Of a DNA stretch of 63,876 bases, positions 25,196 through 36,613 are shown one piece after another (position 1 is the stretch's first letter; each line of letters begins with the position of its first letter). This stretch comes from Eledone cirrhosa (lineage: Eukaryota), in NCBI GenBank assembly GCA_964016885.1, contig OZ024744.1, positions 85,436,125 to 85,500,000 on the forward strand, read 5' to 3'. The translations under genes and the position numbers were made by a program. Under the pieces are notes generated by a model. It did no database searches and had not been told where the DNA came from. It saw only the letters and a list, made by a program, of their open reading frames with translations.

Positions 25196-26376
25196 CGTAA
25201 TATTGTTATTATTATTATTATTATCAACAACACGGCTACTATTATTGTAATTGGCATTACCATAGCTATGGACAAGTAGGGTAGTGTTATGCGCACGCCG
25301 TATGCTACGGCGTCTTCTACAGCGGTTGTTCGAGCTGTTAAGGTCACTACCCCGTCATCAGTCACACTACTGGTGCGGCAATTAATTTCTAATGCGGTGC
25401 GATTTTGTGGACCGCTGCCAATACTAGGATGCCGGTCCCGGTTACCACCGACGTTATCATGCGGGGCTAAAGAATTGCTAAGGTTACGTGAGTTGTCATA
25501 TTCCCTAAAATTGTCGTTGCTAGGATGCTGTATGCTAGTAAGCTTGTTGTAGTTGCTTATTGCTATGAGGTCAGCTACGTTGGGTGTAGTGGAGAAGGAA
25601 ATTTTTACGTTACTCTTATTGAGGATTTTTCTGTATCTATGCTTAGGTGGTAAGTTTTTCTCTGAGGCTTCGAAGAATATTCTAGGTAATTTGGAGGCCA
25701 CGCTCCGAGAGTAAGGGGGATGGAACCACAGACATTACGATGGCGCTTACGCGTAGCTCTGGGGTTACTAAGGGCATTATGGCTAATGGGTTGCTGCATA
25801 ATGTGTTTTGTGTTGGCATTATGTCCGCGTGCACGGACTGTCCCAGTGCGGTGGTTTCACGTAGTCTTAGGCGGGTTAAAAGGTGTAGGTAATAGGCCAT
25901 TTTATTTATTAAGCATGTAAGCAGGGAATAATTTAAGTAGGCTGTAGTTGCTACTATTAGCCGCACTATTACGGTTTAGGTGTGGTAATACACCTGCACT
26001 GCTACCTTTGTAGTTACTATGTGCGCCGTAACTATTGGTACTATTATCCCTTCTACAATTTTTTACACTGGTTTGGCCGCGCTGTTGTTGGTTATAGGTA
26101 TGGATCGTTATAACATGAGTCCTACATGGGGTTGTTATAGAGCATGCATTGTGGAGGTAGCAAACTTTACGGTTATAACCTAAGTCAGCTAATGCCCTAT
26201 TATAGTTATCCGCTGTTTGGTTGAAGAGGTCCTCATTAGCAGAGAGCCTAGAGAATATATGGGAGAAACTATAGACTATGGAGTTGAGCGTAGATTTAGG
26301 GTGGTTAGAAGCATAATTTATATAAGATAGATCCTCACCGGGCTTATGGTATGATCTGTATAAACCGGTACTTTAT

Positions 26377-26444
<68 letters not shown>

Positions 26445-26448
<4 letters not shown>

Positions 26449-26665
26449 TATTGGTAAGGGATGGAATGCTTTGAAAACTCAAAACATATCTGAGAAACTT
26501 GCGAATGCAGAATCAGGTTCGATCTGTAACAGATCCTGTCTTGAGCTGATCGTCGGAGAAACATATGTAATATGTTAATAAATTGTGTTTTCATGCATCA
26601 TTGATTCCTCGTTATCTATAATAATATACTCTGCTCTACGCAAGCATTGAGTGCTCAAACGGCAT
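26445..26665 (+). mobile_element. Hammerhead-bearing repeat between (TA)n; inverted homolog at 63525-63770
   Basis: Shared gttcgatctgtaacagatcctg..gagctgatcg..gaaacatatgtaatatgttaataaat. Confidence 0.7.
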
Positions 26666-26675
26666 ATATATATAT

Positions 26676-26843
26676 ATAACGAAGGAAGTGTGGTAAGGAA
26701 CCAGATGGACTATAACGCACCAGAGTACTCAATACCTAGGGTAGTAGAGTGGCTAATAGGGAAATGTTTAACCCTGACGGCGGGGGTCCAGAAATAGCCG
26801 TCGAAACGGCTTGAGCTATGCCGTCGGGGTTAAACATTTCCCT
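26676..26843 (-). mobile_element. Minimal fold-back copy of the family B terminus
   Basis: Tail aacgaagg...gagtgg, then gggaaatgtttaaccctgacggc inverted with gccgtcggggttaaacatttccc; (TA)n flanks. Confidence 0.85.
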
Positions 26844-26879
26844 ATATATATATATATATGTGTGTATGTATGTATATAT

Positions 26880-27006
<127 letters not shown>

Positions 27007-27049
27007 ATAATAATACTATTTATAGTTATGTATATAGTATAAACAACTA

Positions 27050-27844
27050 TAAACAGGAAGGTCAGTAATTTCTTATTACCTTATTACCAGTAAGAGAAAT
27101 AGCTCAATGTATGAACATCAGTTGTTTTACAGAGCAGGAAAATAAATTATACAATTATCAAAGTTGTGTTCAAATCATTTAATAGCTGACAATCGTTTCT
27201 TCCAAACTCTCGTTTGGGGGTCATCGGAGCATTATCAATGTTTGCACATATAATTATCCTCCTATTCAACTGAACAATAATATAGATACATATAAATTGA
27301 TGTTGTGAGCAACAGTTTCGTATTTACAGGGTGGAATGTATGTGACATATATTTTACGAGAATTGTACAATAATTGTATAAACATTCACGTTCAAATTAA
27401 AATTAAAATCAAAAGCACGGAGTAGAATACATGCAACATATAAAACAAGAGAATAGTCCAACCATTAAAGAGGCATTGAGAAAGTAGTTTTGAGAAAGGA
27501 AGAGTACATTAACAATTCATATGCCTCTTTAATGGTTGGACTATTCTCTTGTTTTATATGTTGCATGTATTCTACTCCGTGCTTTTGATTTTAATTTTAA
27601 TTTGAACTTGAATGTTTATACAATTATTGTAAAATTTTCGTAAAATATATGTCACATCCATTCCACCCTGTAAATACGAAACTGTTGCTCACAACATCAA
27701 TTTTTATGTATCTATATTATTGTTCAGTTGAATAGGCGGATAATTATATGTGCAAACATTGATAATGCTCCGATGACCCCAAACGAGAGTTTGGAAGAAA
27801 CGATTGTCAGCTATTAAATGATTTGAACACAACTTTGATAATTG

Positions 27845-27850
<6 letters not shown>
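27050..27850 (-). mobile_element. Fold-back insert, ~330-bp arms, with variant hammerhead
   Basis: 27146-27476 inverted with 27521-27850; TAATGCT CCGATGA..ccaaac gaga gtttgg..GAAA CGATTG TC AGCTATTA at 27763-27816; fragment of the same family at ~18375-18410. Confidence 0.75.
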
Positions 27851-27898
<48 letters not shown>

Positions 27899-27982
27899 GA
27901 CGTAAAATAAGAAAATTATAAAAATTAACTTACTTACTAAAATTTAACTCCAACTAATTAGTATCTGCAAGGGCAAGATTTA

Positions 27983-28086
<104 letters not shown>

Positions 28087-28104
28087 TAAATCATGTCCTT
28101 AGAA

Positions 28105-28788
28105 TTATTAGATAGAATATATACCATTTCCTCTCACAATTAGCATAATTAACTATATAAAAAATTTATTAGACCAGGCTATAAGAATAAAGGCTCCTAT
28201 GAAGAAATATTTGATAAATAACCGAAAGCGGCCTCTTGGTGGTGACCACAATAGAGTATTTACCCAACATTTCAACAGCATGTAGAGACTGACTAAATAT
28301 ACCGTCAACCATACACAATTAGGTGTAAATTTAAACTTAGAAGAAACGTGTACATACCGTAATTACATCTCTACCATGGTTTCGTTCGTATTTTGAGATA
28401 TCCTATTATTAAGGACGAATCTAGAGTAACGAACTCATCAGGAGACAGACTCAATCGGACAGTTAATTTTCCAAAACGATCGCGCCAGAAATAGATTCTA
28501 AAATGGTTAAGAATCTTGACAATTGCCACGTCACGATTCTTAGCCATTTTTTAAATCTATTTATACCTAATTAAATTTACACCTAATTGTGTATGGTTGA
28601 CGGTATATTTAGTCAGTCTCTACATGCTGTTGAAATGTTGGGTAAATACTCTATCGGGGCCACCACCAAGAGGCCGCTATCAAATATTTCTTCATAGGAG
28701 CTTTATTCTTATAGCCTGGTCTAATTGATTTTTTATATGATTAATTATGCTAATTGTGAGAGGAAATGGTATATATTTTATCTAATAA
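28105..28788 (-). mobile_element. Fold-back insert, ~220-bp arms, with hammerhead in the spacer; right end abuts a SINE fragment
   Basis: 28105-28333 inverted with 28572-28788; nested hairpin 28488-28562. Confidence 0.75.
28367..28446 (-). ncRNA. Canonical-core type I hammerhead ribozyme
   Basis: GUCUC CUGAUGA GUUCG...CGAAC GAAA CCAUGG UA GAGAU; all core nucleotides canonical; palindromic stem III ACCAUGGU. Confidence 0.85.
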
Positions 28789-28965
28789 AGTACCAGTAAT
28801 ACACTGGGTTATTGCTGGCCGTGTGCCAAAAGTAGAAACAATTATTTTTCTATTTATTTTTACCCACTTTCCACATTCATCCTTCTTTTTCTTTTTTACG
28901 ATTTCCCAGAGTGAACATCTTTAACACACAACATTCTGTACCACATGAAGCCACATTATATATTA

Positions 28966-29152
28966 GGGCGGTGAATTGGCAGTATCGGTAGAGGGTTGGA
29001 CACCATGCTTTCCAGCATAGTTACGTCCCTTTACGGTCTGAGTTCAAATCCCGTCGAGGTTAACTTTGCCTTTCATCCTTTCGGGGTCAATAAAATAAAG
29101 TACCAGTAATGTACTGCGTAATTGCTGGGCTTGTGCCAAAAGTAGAAACAAT
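28966..29152 (+). mobile_element. Full-length tRNA-derived SINE
   Basis: ggcggtgaattggcagtatcggtagag head, B box gagttcaaatccc, 3' end ccaaaagtagaaacaattat. Confidence 0.9.
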
Positions 29153-29787
29153 TATATATACTTCAAAAATACAAAGTAGCACATTATATATATACCACAA
29201 TATATATACGTCAAAAATACAAAGTAGCACCTTATATATACCACAATAATATACTTCAAAAATACAAAGTAACACCTTATATATACCACAATTATATATA
29301 CTTCAAAAATACAAAGTAGCACATTATATATATACCACAATTATATATACTTCAAAAATACAAAGTAGCAGATTATATATACCACAATATATGTACTTCA
29401 AAAATACAAAGTAGGACATTATATATACCACAATATATATACTTCAAAAATACAAAGTAGGATATTATATATACCACAATATATATATATACTTCAAAAA
29501 TATAAAGTAGCATATTATGTATACCACAATTATATATACTTCAAAAATACAAAGTACCACATTATATATATACCACAATATATATACGTCAAAAATACAA
29601 ATTAGCACCTTATATACCACAATAATATACTTCAAAAATACAAAGTAGCACCTTATATATACCACAATTATATATACTTCAAAAATACAAAGTAGTACAT
29701 TATATATACCACAATTTTTATACTTCAAAATACAAAGTAGCACATTATATATACCACAATTATATATACTTCAAAAATACAAAGTAA
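29150..29787. repeat. ~46-bp AT-rich minisatellite, about 14 copies
   Basis: Unit attatatatacttcaaaaatacaaagtagcacattatatataccaca. Confidence 0.95.
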
Positions 29788-30243
29788 GTCAATGACTGCA
29801 CAACATTGAACATTCAAGTATTTGTACTAATATTTAACATTCTTAAAACAATGAGTCAATTAGTAAAGATACTATAATTAATTTAGCTTAAAAATAGAAC
29901 ATTTTTAGACATATTGTGCTAAATCATTAAAGGAGTATATTTAATATAAAATAAATATTTTTCAACTTTCCTATCACTAAAGCTAAACAACTTCCAACTG
30001 TGTGGTGTTAGTTGTAGCACATAATGTTTCAGATGCAGCTTGCTATACCGGGAGTCATATTTGCTTTTAATATTTTTGAAACTGTCCATCAAGAAAATTT
30101 GTCTGATGATGGCTTAATTGATTGATAAATTAAGCATGAAACTCAGAACTACAATACATTTTCTATATCAAACTATATTACGCAATGTATATATTCAAAT
30201 AGCTTTATCTGCTCAGTAGCTTTCTGTAGGGCTAATAAACCAC

Positions 30244-30274
<31 letters not shown>

Positions 30275-30275
<1 letters not shown>

Positions 30276-30589
30276 ACCAAAGATTGATATGGTTCATTGA
30301 TTACTCAATGAATATAGTTTTACAATTAAGATCACTCTACAAGAGAGTTTTCTGGAGTTATTATTATTCAGAATAATAATAAATGAAGACATTCACATAA
30401 TCAAAATATATGTTTTATTATATATATTTCGAAGGTACTGTGGTGTTTTTTCAGTACTTCCTCGTCAGATAAAATACATGAATTGATGACGAGGGCGTAC
30501 TGAAAAAACACCACAGTACCTTCGAAATATATATAATAAAACATATATTTTGATTATGTGAATGTCTTCATTTATTATTATTCTGAATA
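30275..30589 (-). mobile_element. Fold-back insert between (TA)n with hammerhead
   Basis: Arms 30365-30467 / 30487-30589; tail 30275-30364. Confidence 0.8.
30413..30474 (-). ncRNA. Type I hammerhead ribozyme
   Basis: UUUUAU CUGACGA GGAAGUACUG loop CAGUACCUUC GAAA UAUAUA UA AUAAAA. Confidence 0.8.
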
Positions 30590-30625
30590 TATATATATAT
30601 ATATATGCAATTGACTTATGTTTCG

Positions 30626-30755
<130 letters not shown>

Positions 30756-30756
30756 A

Positions 30757-31154
30757 TGTAGGAGGTGAGTTTTATTGTAGTACAATAAAGCAATGCAGAT
30801 ATCGGATAAGAAGCACTCTACAGTTTGTAGGACTGGAGTATACATAATATAAGATCAAAAGATGGTTAAAGGAGTTCCATGTATTTTATTATGCGCATTT
30901 CAAAAACAAACATCATCATGCAATAATATTTGTGTTTTCATCAGATAAAACAGGAGAACATGATATGAAGGCTAAAAAACACTTGTGGATAGATATGTTG
31001 ATTTAAAACTGCACTATCCACAAGTGTTTTTTAGCCTTCATATCATGTTCTCCTGTTTTATCTGATGAAAACACAAATATTATTGCATGATGATGTTTGT
31101 TTTTGAAATGCGCATAATAAAATACATGGAACTCCTTTAACCATCTTTTGATCT

Positions 31155-31159
<5 letters not shown>
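30757..31159 (-). mobile_element. Fold-back insert between (TA)n with two mirror hammerheads
   Basis: Arms 30847-30992 / 31014-31159 essentially identical; tail 30757-30846. Confidence 0.85.
31054..31124 (+). ncRNA. Type I hammerhead ribozyme (mirror copy at 30882-30952, -)
   Basis: UGUUUUAU CUGAUGA AAAC...GUUUUU GAAA UGCGCA UA AUAAAAUA. Confidence 0.8.
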
Positions 31160-31186
<27 letters not shown>

Positions 31187-31507
31187 TCTTTAAGTCGTTT
31201 GGAAGCCTCGACAATGCAAATGGGTAAATCTCCGAGTAACAAGGTCCGGTGGTGGAGAGAGAGATGTAAGTGGGTGTACGTTGAGATGCGTGGTGTGTAT
31301 AAGATGTGTGAGATGTGTAGAATGAAGGGAAGAGTATAAAGGATAATATTAAAATAACAACACAAGAGAGAGTTACCTTGGGGGAGATTTAATAGTCCCT
31401 ATATATTTCGGATTCACATCCATCAACTGGGGTTTTTTTCCGGGGTGGTGAAAAAGGTTGTCTGCCGGACAAGTCCGGAACGCGTCCTTCGCTGTTTGTT
31501 GTTTTGA

Positions 31508-31563
<56 letters not shown>

Positions 31564-31757
31564 CGAAGGAAGTGTGGCAAAGAACCAGGTAGACAAAAAC
31601 GCACCAGAGTACTCAATACTTAGGGTAGTAGAGTGGTTTCCTATATACGTATATATATATATATAACGAAGGAGTTGTGGTAAGGAACCAGACGGACCAT
31701 AACGCACCAGAGTACTCAATACTTAGGGTAGTAGAGTAGGTAATAGGAGAAAGTATG

Positions 31758-31856
31758 ACCCTGACGGCAGAGCTCAAGCCGTTTCGACGGCTATTTCTGG
31801 ACTAAAGTAAGAGTTTTTTTAGTCTGGTAAATAAATAGCCGAACTTTTCAAGGGGT
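31758..31856 (-). ncRNA. Hammerhead ribozyme with U3-A8 core variant (more mutated mirror copy at 34075-34174, +)
   Basis: ACCCC UUGAAAA G..CGGCUAUUU...AAAUAGCCG.C GAAA CGGC uugagcucu GCCG UC AGGGU (GGGGU in other copies). Confidence 0.75.
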
Positions 31857-32739
31857 ACTTCCTTATATGGGAAGATTGTAGTTGTCCAGAGGATTGGTCA
31901 CAATTTGTAGCAGACACAGAAAAGTCTATCATGGCAGTGTGTGCGGGGTGGGGTGGCTGCATTGCCTGTAGAACGATAGGGGTGTGGGTAGAGCCGGTTA
32001 AGCGTTGAAGATGAAATCTATGCGGCAAATTCTAAGGAATGTGTATGAAAGTTGGCCAGAGGCGAAAAAAGGTTTCTTGAGCAGCATGGAGGAGGGGCGT
32101 TGTAGAATTGGTAAATCAAATGAGATTTGGAGACAATGAACAAATATAATATAAAAGAATATAATAAAAAATGAGAGAAAGATGTATCAGAATGTAAGAT
32201 TGGAAAGTGATAAGTGAAATAAAACAAAATCTAAGGAGTCTAACACAGCTGCTATATTTAGTTGGCGTTGCTTTTTCGGTCAATGCTATAGAATGATTTG
32301 CTAGATGAGAATTATTGAAATTTTAGAATTGGGTATTAAAAATTAATACATCTCTGGGGTCTAACACAGCTGCTATGAATAGTTAGTATAGCGTAATCGG
32401 CCAATGTTATCTATAAGTTACAGGGGTGGGGGTACTGATGCACTAGAGGCCCGATGGGCTGCCTCGGGGTAGGGGAAAGGGGAAAAACCAAAAAACGAAC
32501 GAGGAAGAAGATCGGTGGTGGAAAGAAGTGATAGGAGACAAATGGAAGAAGAAAACATAGAGGAAAAGAAAAGAGGTACATCTACCTATCTTATTCGGCC
32601 ATTGGGGTGTTTCAGCCCTTATCTACCCACTCGGATCGTTAGGGGGTTTGAGGGGGAGGTAAGTCTTCCGCAACCTGTGTTTGCATGCAGTTACCAGTTC
32701 GTCTTTTTTGTTTATGGGTTGATCCTTCGTAAACAGCAT

Positions 32740-33877
32740 TTGTAATGTTTCCTCCGAGCATAAGTGACACGGACAGCATCCTTCCGTGTAAGAGTTAGCC
32801 CTGGACAGTAAGCTCCAAGTAAGATGGTAAGTTATATTATTATCTTGGAGGTCCCAGATATGGCCCGAAAGTGTGGTGGCATTTTGCCGTACCGGGTTTC
32901 AGAACGTATGTCGGTGTTGGTAGAGCCGGGTCTTAAAGTCGCAAGCGGTTAATTCTATATAAGCTTTATTGGAGGTGTCCGTCCTCACGTTGCACTGGTA
33001 GATCACGTTACGTTCTCGGCATCTTCTGTTGAGGGGGCACGTAGATTTATCAGGGCAGTTACACCTCCTGTGCGGCTCTCCACTAATTTCTAGGTTGTTT
33101 CTTCCATAGGGGTTGAGTTTTTTTGTTGTTTGAGGAGACGATGCTTTGTGCGAAGTTGGGTGTGGTGCTGTGGGATAGCTTGATAGTGTTTTTTTTTGGT
33201 TATTTTGTGGTAGTGGTGTTCCCGATAGGTGTTACCACCTCACATTGTGGGGGGGGGGGTTGAACCACGTTACGTGGCGTGAGCGGCGGTGTCGCCTGCT
33301 GGTCCCGCTAAGGGAAGCTGGATAAAAGGATATTTCCTCCCGGAAGCCACTCCGCTTGAGGGCCTGGTGGTACTGGGGCGGATGTTCGTCGAATATCTGC
33401 TCATTAGCGGACAAACGAGATATGCGGAGGGAGATGTTTTTAACCAGATTATTGGTGATGTTTCTAGGATGGTTAGAGCGAGGGTGGATGTAGTGCAAGT
33501 TGTCATTTTATTTCCTGTATGGGTAGTTGAGGTTGAGGGTAACGTCCAGGAAATTTACTCGGGTTAGGGATGTTTGTAGGGTGATTTTAAATCCCCAGGC
33601 CCAGGAAAAAGTTGATGAGTTGTTTACGGACCCGGTCTGTACTACTGGGGTTGTACCCTTTGAGGGTAAGGAGCCCATCGTCTCGGTACAATCCACCACC
33701 GAAGCGGGAAACATTTCGGTGAGTTTAAATAGTAGGAATAATCCTATAAGATCACTGACCTCGGCCGAATCGGTCGCGCCCATGCTGACGTTGAAGGGGG
33801 AGTCGGGAGCTCTCTTTATCCACTTGGAGTTGTCGAAATGTAGGACTGTCTTCCTGGCGTGGAGGATGATATTTCTG
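32740..33877 (-). pseudogene. Frameshifted Penelope-like RT plus GIY-YIG endonuclease
   Basis: MGATDSAEVSDLIG, GLYRDDG, VNFLDVTLNL, YIHPRSNHP, WFNPP, CNCPDKSTCPLNRRC..NVIY, FKTRLYQH, TTLSGHIW, CHLC..E. Confidence 0.9.
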
Positions 33878-34249
33878 GCCTACTTTCATACACATTCCTT
33901 AGAATCGTATAGATTTCACCTTCAACGCTTGACCGGCTCTACCCACTCCCCTATGGTTCTACAGGTAAGTTCAGCCACCCCACCCCGCACCCACTGCCAT
34001 GATAGACTTTTCTGTGTCTGCTACAAATTTTGACCGATCCTCTTGACAACTACAATCTTCCCATATAAGGAAGTACCCCTTGAAAAGTTCGGCTATTTAT
34101 TTACCAGACTAAAAATAACTCTTACTTTAGTCCAGAAATAGGCGTCGAAACTGCTTGATCTCTACCGTCGGGGTCATACTTTCTCCTGTATATATTGTGC
34201 TTATACACACCTATATATATGTGTTTGTATGTGCATGGCCGATTGAATA

Positions 34250-34800
34250 CGCACGTGTGTTTTTTTCTCCCCCCTTTTCTCCACATTTTTCCCCGTTCCT
34301 TGTTCTTAACACTTCTTACTTTCTATCTATCTTTATTTCTAGCTCTACCTTCTCTTTTGATGAAGGTCTAGTGTCCGAAAAGTTAAGACACTCTTTCAGC
34401 TATTTCAAGCGGTAAACTAATATATTTCTTCCAAGTACTGTGCCGTTTGTTTTGTTATTTCTGTTTACCTTTTACACACACACATACACACACTCATACA
34501 AGTATAGGCACGCGCACACTTATAGCTCTATGTGCAAAACGATTTTATTCCCTTTCAGATAGACGCCCTCATTATCCACTTTTCTAAAAATGTATATCGT
34601 ACACAGTTTTCCAAGAGATGGTAACAAGAATGGACGTGTTATTTGTCTCTAAAAATCTTTCTAATTTCTCATTCTTTCTTCTGATGAAGGATTAGGGTCC
34701 GAAACATTAAGACCCACTTCCTGCTATTTCAAGCGTTAACCTAATATATTTCTTCCATATACTGTACCGATTGTGTTGTTATTTCTCTTTACCTTTTACA
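34250..34800 (+). mobile_element. Two copies of a short minimal-hammerhead repeat ending at (CA)-rich sequence
   Basis: tctt yTGATGA agg..tag.gtcc GAAA..tt aaga at 34353-34388 and 34677-34712, each followed by the shared ctatttcaagcg..aa..taatatatttcttcca..tactg 3' block. Confidence 0.75.
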
Positions 34801-35039
34801 TACATGCACAAAAACGGCGCGCGCGCGCACACACACAATCACAATCACACACACACACATACATACAATATATATATATATATATATATACATATGTATA
34901 TTTTTTTTACATTATTATACCTAAATATAATTTGTATAAATGAAACTCTACAAACTATACGTTTTAGCCGGGAATGTATTGAGCTATTTTATTGTGAAAT
35001 ATGACTGAAATAGTTTTATTTTAGTATACCCCACCACCG

Positions 35040-35945
<906 letters not shown>

Positions 35946-36554
35946 CGTTTGTGTACATGTGCGTATGTGTCACAGTGTATGCATAGGAACAAGGTAGAGA
36001 TGTACATTGTTGAATAATTGCTCTTGTAAGTTCAATTATTCATAAATATTTACAGAAATAAATCAGCTGTGAAATTGCCGAGCGGAGACTGTGTAGGGAT
36101 ATAAAGGATTGTAGTGGGATCTTAGCAGGATTGTAGGGGAATATAGGAAGTTGCAGGGGCATGTAGGGATTAGCTCTAAGAGTGTTTGTGTGGTTGTGTG
36201 TGAGAGCCATGTTCGGAAGGGGTCTTGTAGAGAATGAGTTTCAATACTGGGACTAAATTTACATCTTGTGGTTTAGAATGTGATATATGCGGGGGCATAA
36301 ATTATAGGTAGAAGAAGAAGAATCTTCGGGAATATCTTGTATAAAATGGCAGATTGGTGGCGGGCATGAGAGTGTGGTTAAGAAACTCACTTCGTATCCG
36401 AGTAATTTGGGCAAGTGGCTTGTACTATAACGTTGGGTTGACCGATGTTTTGTGATTGAAATTTGGTTGATGGAAACTGTGCTGAGACTCGTCATATATA
36501 TATATATATACATATGTATAATGTATAAAACTAACTATGTAGACATAATAAAAG

Positions 36555-36613
<59 letters not shown>

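Larger units (their letters stand above)
23895..26376 (-). mobile_element. 5'-truncated Penelope-like (Naiad-type) retroelement, family A
   Basis: RT thumb YRSYHKP..YINYASNHP (26370-26160), KILN..VKISFSTTPN, Cys-rich GIY-YIG domain; 3' region homologous to 22322-22900; (TA)n flanks. Confidence 0.85.
31665..34190 (-). mobile_element. 5'-truncated Penelope-like (Naiad-type) retroelement, family B, with inverted pLTR cap
   Basis: RT and GIY-YIG remnants at 32740-33877; 31745-32057 inverted with 33878-34188; additional tail copy at 31561-31641. Confidence 0.9.

Noticed and set aside
28966-29055. tRNA gene
   Set aside because: A/B boxes belong to a multi-copy SINE head; no convincing cloverleaf
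29150-29787. CRISPR-like periodicity
   Set aside because: Units are contiguous with no unique spacers, there are no cas genes, and the context is eukaryotic
31393-31430. Minus-strand TTGAT GGAT gtga ATCC GAAA TATATA motif
   Set aside because: Core lacks G8-A9 and UH; cannot be supported
32895-32905. In-frame TGA in the family B endonuclease as selenocysteine
   Set aside because: It aligns with Arg in family A (HSFRN), so it is probably CGA-to-TGA decay; the Cys positions are normal codons
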